In this document: positions 42,025-51,107 of the stretch, piece after piece | Position numbering within the stretch: position 1 is the stretch's first letter | Layout: each line of letters opens with the position of its first letter | Source: a virus | Taxonomy: Duplodnaviria > Caudoviricetes | Direction: 5' to 3' (one strand) | Length of the DNA: 64,000 nt | IMG/VR virus record: IMGVR_UViG_2833005253_000001 | Location: 1 to 64,000 of that record | The notes under the pieces: model-generated | Told to the model about the DNA's origin: nothing | Database searches by the model: none | The model's input: the letters and a program-made list of their open reading frames with translations, nothing else | Position numbers and translations under genes: made by a program

Positions 42025-42270
42025 TTGGAACTGATGGAGAATCCGCCTTATCCAGCGATGACTTTTCGTCAGATTGTTCGTGAAATGGGGAAGCTATCTG
42101 ACTTTGACACTCATATTGAAGAAGGTCAGTTGACGAAATTGCGACAGCATCACGCGCAACAAATGACTATCAAAATCGAAGGCAAAAAAGAAAGACCTTG
42201 GGTTCTTATCGAAGGAAAAAAGCTTGATAACAAAAAAATAAGGGAATCTGTAAAGCAATGCGGAATCTAA
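42025..42270 (+). pseudogene. Orphan fragment resembling a primase-helicase C-terminal winged helix
   Basis: Starts right after the last iteron of module 1 and ends at the first iteron of module 2; TIKIEGKKERPW resembles APSE primase RRINGKVCRVW. Confidence 0.5.
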
Positions 42271-42601
42271 AGGTGGCAGCTAAGTGGCACTTAAAAAGTA
42301 CAGGTGCCACCGATATTTTTTATATTATATCAAATGTATATCTAGAAAAGGTGGCAGGTGGCACTTATTTTTTACTAATGCGTAAGAAAAAAAATAATAA
42401 AAAATATTAAGTTGTATATATGTTTTTTATTAGTGCCACCTTACGAACTGTGCCACCCATCAAGCGGGAACACCGCATAGCATAAGGCTTTTAAGGCTGT
42501 CTCTGCTAAAACTGATGGTGCCACCTAATTGCCTGTTTAAAATGTATCCATTTGATATTAAATAAAAATATTGATTGTGTTTCTGCTTTTTAATTGCCAC
42601 C
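42270..42601. repeat. Ori-like module 2 (GTGGCA / TGCCAC iterons)
   Basis: Forward pair 42272-42290, reverse copy 42303, forward pair 42350-42364, AT-rich gap, reverse copies at 42433, 42450, 42517 and 42594. Confidence 0.75.
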
Positions 42602-42740
42602 TTATTTTGGTGTGGGCGACGAAAATAGCAAGTCTGATCTGAATGTGTTTATTGGTGGAGTCAAAAAATATCAGTTCAACAAAGATCAGGGAGTCTATCA
42701 AAACATGTGGATAAAAAAGGTTGCAACAGGTTGCAGGTAA
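42594..42740 (+). pseudogene. Second orphan 48-codon fragment running into module 3
   Basis: LPPYFGVGDENSKSDLNVFIGGVKKYQFNKDQGVYQNMWIKKVATGCR*; the last codons are made of the iterons, as in the APSE primase gene. Confidence 0.4.
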
Positions 42741-43030
42741 AAAGGCAAAGTGCAACCTCAAAAAATATATTAAATACAATAATTTACTTTAAAAAGGTTG
42801 CAGGTTGCACCTGTTCTTATTAAATGGTAAGGGAATAAAATAATTTAGTCACCTGCTGTTTTATACTATTACTAAGTTTTAAAAATGGTGCAACCCTCCA
42901 ACCGCTGCAACTTTTTTAGTTAAAGACTAATTAAAACAAAGCATTAACCAAAAATATTATTAAAAGCTTGGTGCAACCCTTAAACCTGACAGACCAAAAA
43001 ATACGCTGTGACGCATCGAATAACGCAACC
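42719..43030. repeat. Ori-like module 3 (GGTTGCA / TGCAACC iterons)
   Basis: Forward pair 42719-42735, reverse copy 42750, forward pair 42796-42811, AT-rich gap, reverse copies at 42887, 42905, 42970 and 43024. Confidence 0.75.
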
Positions 43031-43060
43031 TGAACCGGATGACGCAATGGAGAAAGCAGC

Positions 43061-43405
43061 ATGAATGTATTGCACGAAATCGCCGAAGTCATCGGCCCCG
43101 ATATGGCGGTGAAGTTAGGGCAATTAATGGGCGGAGCACGTTTATACGTGCCCGCCAAGGTGGCAGAGGACCACCCGTTCAGCTTGATTCTTGGGGCCAG
43201 CACCGCACAGAAGCTGTGTGACTACTATTGCGGGGATGTGATAGAAGTCCCCTGTAAAAAAGTCTTTCGACAGGTGAGGAATGACATCATCAGCCGCGAA
43301 TATCACAGCATGACACCTGAAAAAGAGAATCGGGCTAACATTCTCGCGTTAAAGTATGGCCTGACGTCTCGCCAGGTCCTGAATATCGCCAGAATGGCCG
43401 CTTAG
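43061..43405 (+). CDS. Mor/C-family (Mu-type) late transcription activator
   Basis: IAEVIGPDMAVKLGQLMGGARLYVP and C-terminal HTH LALKYGLTSRQVLNI. Confidence 0.82.
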   Translation: MNVLHEIAEVIGPDMAVKLGQLMGGARLYVPAKVAEDHPFSLILGASTAQKLCDYYCGDVIEVPCKKVFRQVRNDIISREYHSMTPEKENRANILALKYGLTSRQVLNIARMAA

Positions 43406-43595
43406 TCACCGTTGGTGTGCTGGCGGCCATCAAGGCTTCGACTCTTGATATCGTTTCATCAGACGCCAAAAACCGTCAAAATGCTTCTTAACCTGTTCAT
43501 TCCCCTCCCCATTAGGTGAAACATTTCATCTGAACTTTGACAACGTTTATCCCCAAGCTACCGCGTTATCAGAAGACCTGAAACGAGGTAACGTT

Positions 43596-44081
43596 ATGGC
43601 TTACAAATTAGGCCCCCGCTCACGCCAACGTCTGGAAGGGGTTCACCCTGACCTTGTGTGTGTGGTTGAACGGGCTATCCAAATCACCCCTGTGGATTTT
43701 ACTGTGCTGGAAGGCGTGCGAACAGTCGAACGCCAGAAAACCCTCTTGGCCAAGGGCGCTTCCAAAACAATGAATAGCCGCCACTTAACCGGTCACGCCG
43801 TTGACTTGGGGGCTTGTTTAGATGGCTCAGTTCGTTGGGATTGGCCGTTGTATTACCCGATAGCGGACGCGATGAAGCAAGCCGCGGAAGAACTCGGAAT
43901 TCGTGTTTACTGGGGGGCGTGTTGGAGTTGCATTAACGATGAAGACAATGTAAGCGACGCAGTTATCGCGTACATAGAGCGTAAAAAAGCGGTGGGTAAA
44001 AAGCCATTCATGGATGGCCCACACTTCCAGCTTCCATGGTCAGACTTTCCCGACAATGCATGCCTGGAGGAGGCCTCATAA
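43596..44081 (+). CDS. Peptidase M15 endolysin (L-Ala-D-Glu peptidase)
   Basis: EGVRTVERQ, SRHLTGHAVD, DGPHFQ zinc-binding motifs. Confidence 0.92.
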   Translation: MAYKLGPRSRQRLEGVHPDLVCVVERAIQITPVDFTVLEGVRTVERQKTLLAKGASKTMNSRHLTGHAVDLGACLDGSVRWDWPLYYPIADAMKQAAEELGIRVYWGACWSCINDEDNVSDAVIAYIERKKAVGKKPFMDGPHFQLPWSDFPDNACLEEAS

Positions 44082-44485
44082 TGGCGGTATGGCCTTTTTT
44101 ATCCGGGCTGGTTCAGCCCGTCACACAGTTAATTGATGAAATGCACACCAGCGACGAAGAGCGCCTTCAAGTGAAATCCAGGCTGTTTGAAATGCAAAGT
44201 GCTATGGCGGCACAGATGTTAAATTATGAAGCCCGTCTTGTTGAAACCAAGACAAAAGTCATCGCCGCTGAAGCACAGGGGGCAAGCTGGATGCAGCGCA
44301 ATTGGAGACCCCTCACCATGTTGACTTTCCTGGGTCTGGTGGTGGCCGATACATTCGGCCTGACAGAATTCAGATTGGCACAGGAAGCATGGACATTGCT
44401 TCAAATTGGCCTGGGGGGGTATGTCGTGGGTCGCAGTGCTGAAAAAGTCATTCCTAAACTCACTGAACTCATGCGTAAGGACTAA
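44081..44485 (+). CDS. 3TM holin (GTA-holin-like)
   Basis: EAQGASWMQRNWRP, LGGYVVGRSAEK; overlaps the endolysin stop. Confidence 0.8.
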   Translation: MAVWPFLSGLVQPVTQLIDEMHTSDEERLQVKSRLFEMQSAMAAQMLNYEARLVETKTKVIAAEAQGASWMQRNWRPLTMLTFLGLVVADTFGLTEFRLAQEAWTLLQIGLGGYVVGRSAEKVIPKLTELMRKD

Positions 44486-44645
44486 GTCATGATTGAAAAA
44501 GCCACCGTGGCAGCGGTCTGATGAGGGCAAGACGGCTGACCGATTCTATTGAGCAAAAACGGGGATTGGTCTGTACGGGGATTGCCGAAGAAAACACCCA
44601 GCGTTAGCCGCCTCCGTGAATGCGATATCAATAAAGGGTTATAGA

Positions 44646-44924
44646 ATGAATCCACCCAATGGCCGCCGCGAGTGGCACTTAGATAAGACCGTGAGTATCG
44701 GCCACATCATCAGCACCCTGGTGATTGCCCTGTCTTTATTTTCATGGGCCTTAACGATAGATAAACGCGTTGAACAAAACGCGCAAAGCATCGAATTTCT
44801 CGCCCAAAACCATAAGCGTCTTGAAAACCATGTTGACTCAACCCGAAACGAAATCAGGCAAGACCTACGGGCCATCAATGCCAAATTGGACAGATTGATT
44901 GAACGAAGAATGGACGGTCAGTGA
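44646..44924 (+). CDS. Small membrane coiled-coil phage protein
   Basis: WHLDKTVSIGHI, a TM helix, then INAKLDRLIE coiled coil. Confidence 0.7.
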   Translation: MNPPNGRREWHLDKTVSIGHIISTLVIALSLFSWALTIDKRVEQNAQSIEFLAQNHKRLENHVDSTRNEIRQDLRAINAKLDRLIERRMDGQ

Positions 44925-45454
44925 TGGCTAACATCATTGACTGGCTGGGGGTAGAAACCGAGTACCGTGCCGGGTTGCAGTCGTTACGCAAAATGGCCAC
45001 GGAGTTTGGTACCTCTGAGGGCACGATTCGCCGTAGAGCAAAGCAATACGGTTGGGTTCGTGACGGGAGCATGGTCAAGCGCGAACGCGTCAAAGCGCAC
45101 TTTGCTGGTAAACCCGCCCCCGAAGTCGCCAACCAACCTCAAGCGGTGGTTAAAGCGATTGATGCGGCGGCCATTGAAGACATCAAGGACATGGGCACCG
45201 GTTTGGAGAATGCCCGGTTAGCGCTGGAAATCGCCAATAAGGCATTGAAAAGGTTGGCTGAAGAGAAACAGTACCTCCATTTAATCGTTCAGGATGCCCG
45301 GAACCTGAAAGTATTGACAGAAACCAACCGCCATAATGTGGAAGTGATCCGCCGTATTCGGGGACTGGATGACCCAGCAACAAATGACCGTATCCCCCTG
45401 TCTGAGGTGGATGACGTTATTATAGAGCGATATCTCCATGCACGTACCCAATAA
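44921..45454 (+). CDS. terS: Probable terminase small subunit
   Basis: IDWLGVETEYRAG..SLRKMATEFGTSEGTIRRRAKQYGW HTH; overlaps the terL start. Confidence 0.78.
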   Translation: MMANIIDWLGVETEYRAGLQSLRKMATEFGTSEGTIRRRAKQYGWVRDGSMVKRERVKAHFAGKPAPEVANQPQAVVKAIDAAAIEDIKDMGTGLENARLALEIANKALKRLAEEKQYLHLIVQDARNLKVLTETNRHNVEVIRRIRGLDDPATNDRIPLSEVDDVIIERYLHARTQ

Positions 45455-47781
45455 AGCCCAGTTCTATGAGGCGATGTTACGTGATGACCTCTCCAGCTTC
45501 ATTCAACGCACCTTCGCCACAGTAGACCCCGGTGCTCAATATTTGCATATAGCTAAACGACATAAGAATAGTTACATAATATGTTCTGAAAACAAGGTAT
45601 TGATGTCGCATTGAAGTTCTCTTCTTTTTCTTTTAGCTTGAGCCCATGTGTGCTCAATAGGGTTGAACTCGGGCGAATAAGGAGGCAAATATTCAATAGA
45701 ATGACCGGCGTTGAGAATGGCGTGTTGAATATCTTTTCGCTTGTGGAAAGAAGCGTTATCCATCATCATCACGCACGGATGAGGAAGAGCGGGTAGGAGC
45801 AGCTGAGTGACCCAGGCATAAAAAACATCGCTGTTAATGGAGCAGTTAAAGAGGCCCACCGCGATGAGAGTGACCCCTAATAAGGCACCAATGACGTTAG
45901 TGCGGCCCTTAGCCTGCCAATCGTGAGTCCCAAAACAGCGTTGACCTCGTGTAGCGTATCCGTAGAGGCGGGGCATATCGTGAGCAAAGCCGCTCTCATC
46001 GAGATAAACCAGAGATTTACCCTGCTTTTGATACCCCGCGATTTTTTCCTGGAACCCCTGTCGTGCCTCTTCGTTTGCCTTGGGATGACGCAGAGTTTTT
46101 TTTATAGGTCAGACCCCATCTTTTCAATGCTTGCCAGATGGCTTTGGGGCACACCCCGAAACGGGCCGCCCGTTCCCGTTGATAGCTATCTGGATACTCT
46201 GCCACATCTTTGATAAACGCCTCTTTATCCATCTTGCCTCGACGCGGACCCGAGGGTTTCGGTTCTATTCGCTTGAGCCAACGCCTGAGAGTATCTGTAC
46301 CTACGTGAAAACGCTTCGCCGTTGCTCTGATGCTCAGTCCTTCTTTCTCTCGAATACTCAGGACTTTTTGACGAAAATCCACTGAATAACTCATAGTGAC
46401 CTCATGCTAATTAGTTCTTTATATTGTAACTAAAATTAAATCGCTTAGCTATAACTGGCACGTTGACCTGATAGCGGAATACCTGAAGGCCTGTACTGAC
46501 CGTGACATAAAGCGGCTGATTATCAATATACCGCCGCGCTATCTGAAATCCATCGCCGTGTCTGTCGCCTGGCCCGCATGGGTATTGGGTCATACGCCCA
46601 GTTCAAAGTTTTTAGCGTCCAGTTATTCAGATAAATTAGCCCTGAAACACAGTGTGGATTGTCGTTTAGTGGTTCAAAGCGCCTGGTACAGGCAAGTCTT
46701 CCCACAGATTCAACTGGTCAGGGACCAGAATGAAAAATCCAAGTTTGTCACCACGGCACGGGGGCACAGAATAGCCACCAGTACCGGCGGCACCGCGACG
46801 GGTGAAGGGGGGGATTTTCTGATTGTGGACGATCCGCACAATCCACGACAAGCGGAAAGCCCAACAGAACGAGAAAAAGCGCTGGAATGGTTTGACCAGA
46901 CTTTCTACAGCCGTTTAAACGACAAGAAAAACGGCGTCATTGTGGTCGTCATGCAGCGGCTTCATGAAAAAGACCTGTCTGGCCACTTACTCGCCCAAGG
47001 GGGCTGGGAACATGTCAAAATTCCGGCCATCGCAGACAGCAGGACGATGATTGACTTTGGCCGTATCCGTAAAACCCGAAGCCCGGGTGAACTTCTGCAT
47101 CCAGAACGGGAAGGGAAACCTGAAATCGCCAAGACCCAGACAGCATTAGGCACTTATGGCTTCTCGGGTCAATACCAGCAGGAACCGGTCCCGGCTGAAG
47201 GGGGCATGATTAAAAAGCCGTGGGTCCATCGTTATAAAACACCCCCGGCTCACCCTGTCCGAATTGTTCAATCATGGGATACCGCCTACAAATCGGCCCA
47301 ACTGAATGACCCGTCTGTGTGTACCACATGGGCAGAAACCAGACTGGCTTATTACTTGCTGGAGGTGTGGCGTGACCGGGTGGAATATCCGCGTTTAAAG
47401 TCGGCAGTAAAGAGCCTGGCTGAAAAATGGCACCCGAATGCGATTTTGATTGAGGACAAAGCCAGCGGTCAATCTTTGATTCAAGAACTCAAAGCAACGA
47501 CCCCACTCCCCATCATTGCCATCACCCCTGAACAGGACAAGCTGACCCGCATGTCTGCCCAGTCTGCGAGATTTGAAGCGGGCAAGGTCTTTATTCCTGA
47601 TTCGGCCCCCTGGTTACTGGATTTTGAGAAAGAGCTATTCACTTTCCCGCTGGCAGAGCATGACGACCAAATCGACAGCACCAGCCAATTCTTGGGCTGG
47701 GTGAGCAATCAGCAACAAAGTTACGCCTACAGCCCCGTCAAAGACGGCGGTCATCGCTTCAAACGTCAAGGAGCATGGTAG
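45438..47781 (+). pseudogene. terL: Terminase large subunit interrupted by IS630
   Basis: MHVPNK..GAQYLH [IS] NWHVDL..IPPRYLKS; LIVDDPH Walker B; QSWDTA, IEDKASG, HDDQID nuclease motifs. Confidence 0.92.
45550..46451 (-). mobile_element. IS630-family element, apparently intact (orfA/orfB joined by a frameshift at an A8 run)
   Basis: TIRs TAGCTAA(A/G)CGA; TA duplication at 45548-49 and 46452-53; orfA 46017-46394; orfB open from the A8 run (about 46100) through YLDESG, MDNASFH and YSPEFNPIE to 45572. Confidence 0.93.
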
Positions 47782-49199
47782 AGATGGTTCGAAAAAAGAA
47801 ATCGCAGAAAAAGCAGGAGACCCAAAAACTCTCAGGTGAACTGGCGGGGCCTACCGCTGTTCGCAATCTATGGGGAAGCGGTTCGGTCGCCAGTGGCTTA
47901 ACCCCGCAACGATTGGCCAATCTCTTGAAATCCGCAGCGGAAGGGGATACGGAGGCGTATTTGACCCTGGCTGAAGAAATGGAAGAACGTGACCCGCATT
48001 ATTCCAGCGTGTTGCGTACCCGCAAGATGGCGGTGGCCAGTTTACCGGTCACCGTCGTTGCCGGGGGCGAAGACAGCCGGGCACAACAATGTGCACAAGA
48101 CATTCACCGCCTGATGGAGGCCCCTGACTTTGGCGACCTGGTAGACAATGCCTTGGACGCCCTCGGTAAGGGCTATAGTGTCAATGAAATTATGTGGGAT
48201 AGAACGGGTGTGAAGTGGAAGCCGAAAGCATACCGCTGGCGCGATCCGCGTTTCTTCCTGTTTCATCCTGAACATCCTGAAGACATGCGCATTGTGGACG
48301 AAGCCGACCCCATTCATGGCCTGTCGATGCCCCCTTATAAGTTTATTGTTCATCAACCCCGATTGAAATCAGGCTTGGCGCTTCGTGGGGGGTTAGCCCG
48401 ACTGGTGGCCTTTTCCTATCTCTGCAAGATGTATGGCATGAAAGACTGGTTGGGATTCCTTGAGAGTTACGGTATTCCGCTCCGCTTAGGCAAATATGGC
48501 CCGTCAGCCAGTGAAGAAGATAAAAAAGTATTAAAAACGGCGGTGGCCAATATAGGCTCTGATGCGGCGGCCATCCTGCCTGATTCCATGGTGATTGAAT
48601 TTCAGCAGGTCGCGCAGGCGTCCGGGGCCTCTGAAGTCTTTTCCCGTATGGTCGAATGGATTGACCAACAAATCTCCAAGGCCGTATTGGGTCAAACGGC
48701 GACCACGGAAGGCACGCCGGGGAAATTAGGCAATGAAGCCTCACAGGAAGCGGTTCGCCAAGACATTATTGCCGCAGATGCCAGGCAACTGGCCAATACC
48801 CTCAACCGTGACCTGATCCGGCCCTATATTGATATTAATTATGGCCCTCAAGCCGTTTACCCGCGTGTCATGATCACTCTCCCTGAAAAGGAAGATGTGA
48901 CCGCATTAGCGGCGAATTTAGAAAAGCTGGTGCCATTAGGTCTGAAAGTCTCGGCATCAGAGGTAAGAACAAAGCTGGGGCTCTCAGAGCCGGCGAAAGA
49001 GGCGGATTTATTGAGTGTCTCTACAACCCCCGCTCAAGCCTCCGCAACAAACCGCGCACAGGGTAAAGGCTATTCCTGCTCTGCCTGTTCAAACAGGGCT
49101 ATCAACAGAAGCCAGGCGGATGAAATAGATTTATTGGCATCGGAGATGTTGATGGATTGGGAACCCCAGATAACCCCCAGCGCACCTTTGCGACGGTAG
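47775..49199 (+). CDS. Mu gp29-like portal protein (DUF935), C-terminus probably truncated
   Basis: LAEEMEERDPH, DALGKGYSVNEIMW, YGIPLRLGKY, ISKAVLGQT. Confidence 0.9.
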   Translation: MVEMVRKKKSQKKQETQKLSGELAGPTAVRNLWGSGSVASGLTPQRLANLLKSAAEGDTEAYLTLAEEMEERDPHYSSVLRTRKMAVASLPVTVVAGGEDSRAQQCAQDIHRLMEAPDFGDLVDNALDALGKGYSVNEIMWDRTGVKWKPKAYRWRDPRFFLFHPEHPEDMRIVDEADPIHGLSMPPYKFIVHQPRLKSGLALRGGLARLVAFSYLCKMYGMKDWLGFLESYGIPLRLGKYGPSASEEDKKVLKTAVANIGSDAAAILPDSMVIEFQQVAQASGASEVFSRMVEWIDQQISKAVLGQTATTEGTPGKLGNEASQEAVRQDIIAADARQLANTLNRDLIRPYIDINYGPQAVYPRVMITLPEKEDVTALAANLEKLVPLGLKVSASEVRTKLGLSEPAKEADLLSVSTTPAQASATNRAQGKGYSCSACSNRAINRSQADEIDLLASEMLMDWEPQITPSAPLRR

Positions 49200-49240
49200 A
49201 CCCGGGGGCGGAATATTTGCATAACTGGCACGTTGGCCTT
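49178..49240 (+). repeat. 63-bp fragment of a paralogous terL gene
   Basis: Encodes QRTFATVDPGAEYLHNWHVGL versus QRTFATVDPGAQYLH/NWHVDL at the IS-split terL; mostly third-position differences. Confidence 0.85.
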
Positions 49241-50085
49241 GTTCTGGCTTAATGAATTCAGCCAGTAAATTAATCCCGAAAGCGTTACTGAACAAAGGAA
49301 GTACAAGAAAATGTCTCAGCCAACATTTAAACCAGAATTGAAACGCGAAGTAGCCCATCTGGTTATCGAACAAAATTACCCGTTTCGTCAAGGCAGTGAA
49401 GCCATGGGTGTGAGTATCAGCGCCCTCCGTGATGGGGTGAAGCGGTCAATGAGCGAAAAAAGAGGACAAACTATTTCCCAGGGTAAAACAATGACAGCAG
49501 ACCAACAACGGATTCAAGAGCTGGAAGCCAAACTCCGCAAGGTTGAACGGGAGAAAGATATCCTCAAAAAGGCTTCATCTCTCTTAATGTCAGAGTTCCT
49601 GAACACTTCCCGTGAGTAGAGAAACTTAAGAAGAGCCATGCAGTGACACGCTGATGTCAAGTGTTTGGGATACATCGAAGCCGTTATCAATATTGGGTAA
49701 AGGGGGTTAATAGAATCAAGCCTGAACAGATAGAGTGACAAGCTCAGGTACGTCAGGAGCAAGAACGATGTCTGCCATGGTATCAGAACGGGGTATTCCG
49801 CCAAGTCGCTACCGGGCAACGAGAGTCATGCGTCAGTTGGAACGGGTCAGCCATCAGCCACCGACTCATCAATATAAAAAGGCGAGACAGGAACATCAGG
49901 CTATTCCTGACGTGTGAGCGCGTCAGTTTTCTGTGGCTGCCCCTCATCAGATGTGACCTATCTCTGGGCAGGGAATCGTTGGACCTGTCTAGCCGTACTG
50001 ATAGACCTGTTTGCACGTAAACGGACAGGATGGGCCCTCTCTTCTTCCCCAGACAGTGAATTCACCTGCAAGGCATTGTGGATGG
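49240..50085 (+). mobile_element. IS3-family (IS911-like) remnant
   Basis: Left end TGTTCTGGCTTAATGAATTCAGCCA; orfA 49311-49619 (FKPELKREVAHLV..ERDILKKA-like); degraded orfB with SDVTYLWAGNRW. Confidence 0.85.
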
Positions 50086-50327
50086 CTGAAGACGCCGATA
50101 ACGTCATTTCAGAAATGCACGCTTTACTGGAAGCGGCGGCACATCAAACCGAACACACCTTGTCATCGACCCTGGAAAAGTGGCAACAGCGTGAATTAAG
50201 GCAATTTCTTCACCGAGGCCAGACGACTTAAACATCGCCTTTTTTTGACTTTTTACTCTCACCTTTTATCGGGCGGGTTCTTTTCGCCCTTCATACGGCC
50301 TCATTCATCGGCCGTAGGCCTTGCCTA

Positions 50328-50771
50328 TTGACTGATAAGTACTTGACTATGTCTCAAACACATCCCCTGATTGCCATCAAAGCGCACCTCATCAATGGGA
50401 AAACCGTTCAAACGGTCAATGCCCGTGACCTTTATCACTTTTTGGAAGTGCGGCTCTCGTTTTCAACCTGGATGAAAAATCACATCAACCGCTACGAATG
50501 GGTCGACAATACAGACTATCTCGTTTTTACCCATTCTGGACCTCATGCCGGACGCCCGTTCAAAGACTATGTCCTCACCCTGGAGAAAGCGAAAGAGATG
50601 ACGATGCTGACATGCACCGAAAAAGGTCACGAATTACGGGAATACTTGATGAATGTAGATAAAGAGCCTTTTGAATCGCTCAACGACCCTGCCGAATTAC
50701 GTCGCCTTCTGCTGACCTACACCGACAAAGTGCGCGCTCTTGAAAACAGGTTGAACGAAATCCTGTCCTGA
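50328..50771 (+). CDS. AntA/AntB antirepressor (probably truncated)
   Basis: TVNARDLYHFLEV..FSTWMK..GRPFKDYVLTLEKAKE. Confidence 0.85.
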   Translation: MTDKYLTMSQTHPLIAIKAHLINGKTVQTVNARDLYHFLEVRLSFSTWMKNHINRYEWVDNTDYLVFTHSGPHAGRPFKDYVLTLEKAKEMTMLTCTEKGHELREYLMNVDKEPFESLNDPAELRRLLLTYTDKVRALENRLNEILS

Positions 50772-50872
50772 CCTAACACCTTTGTTCTTTTTTGGCGAAT
50801 TGCTCTCGCCCTCAATCTCGCCTCATTCGAATGAATGGGGTTTTTTTATCTCAATTTTAAAGGAAACACCCC

Positions 50873-51107
50873 ATGGAAATCACGCTTAAAGAGTGGAATC
50901 AAAAACAGCCTCGCCCCCGTTGCATCGAACAAGTCCGTCGATGGGTCCGCGCGGGCATCATCTACCCCGCTCCTCGTCTCGATGGCAGGGAATACCTCGT
51001 TCAGGCCAATGCCATCAAAATCAATCCCCTCAGCGTCAAACATCACACATCACACTGGACAAACCCTCATGGAAAAAATACATGGCCCGCAAAAGAAAAA
51101 CGGCTAA
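50873..51107 (+). pseudogene. xis: Lambda-type excisionase, frameshifted by a 7-bp duplication
   Basis: ITLKEWNQKQPRPRCIEQVRRWVRAGIIYPAPRLDGREYL closely resembles lambda Xis; removing one ACATCAC restores a stop at 51107. Confidence 0.88.

Larger units (their letters stand above)
38968..49240. mobile_element. Degenerate second prophage, in tandem at the same tRNA-Arg site
   Basis: int-xis-helicase homologous and syntenic to APSE, then ori-like region, Mor, lysis, terminase and portal; several pseudogenes and IS insertions. Confidence 0.85.

Noticed and set aside
41800-43030. CRISPR array
   Set aside because: Repeats are 6-9 bp, in both orientations and irregularly spaced, and there are no cas genes.
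44488-44645. Small gene between the holin and the next membrane protein
   Set aside because: Several stops and no motif I can support; possibly a decayed gene.
49178-49240. DGR template repeat for terL
   Set aside because: Differences are mainly synonymous third-position changes, which indicates ordinary paralog divergence.
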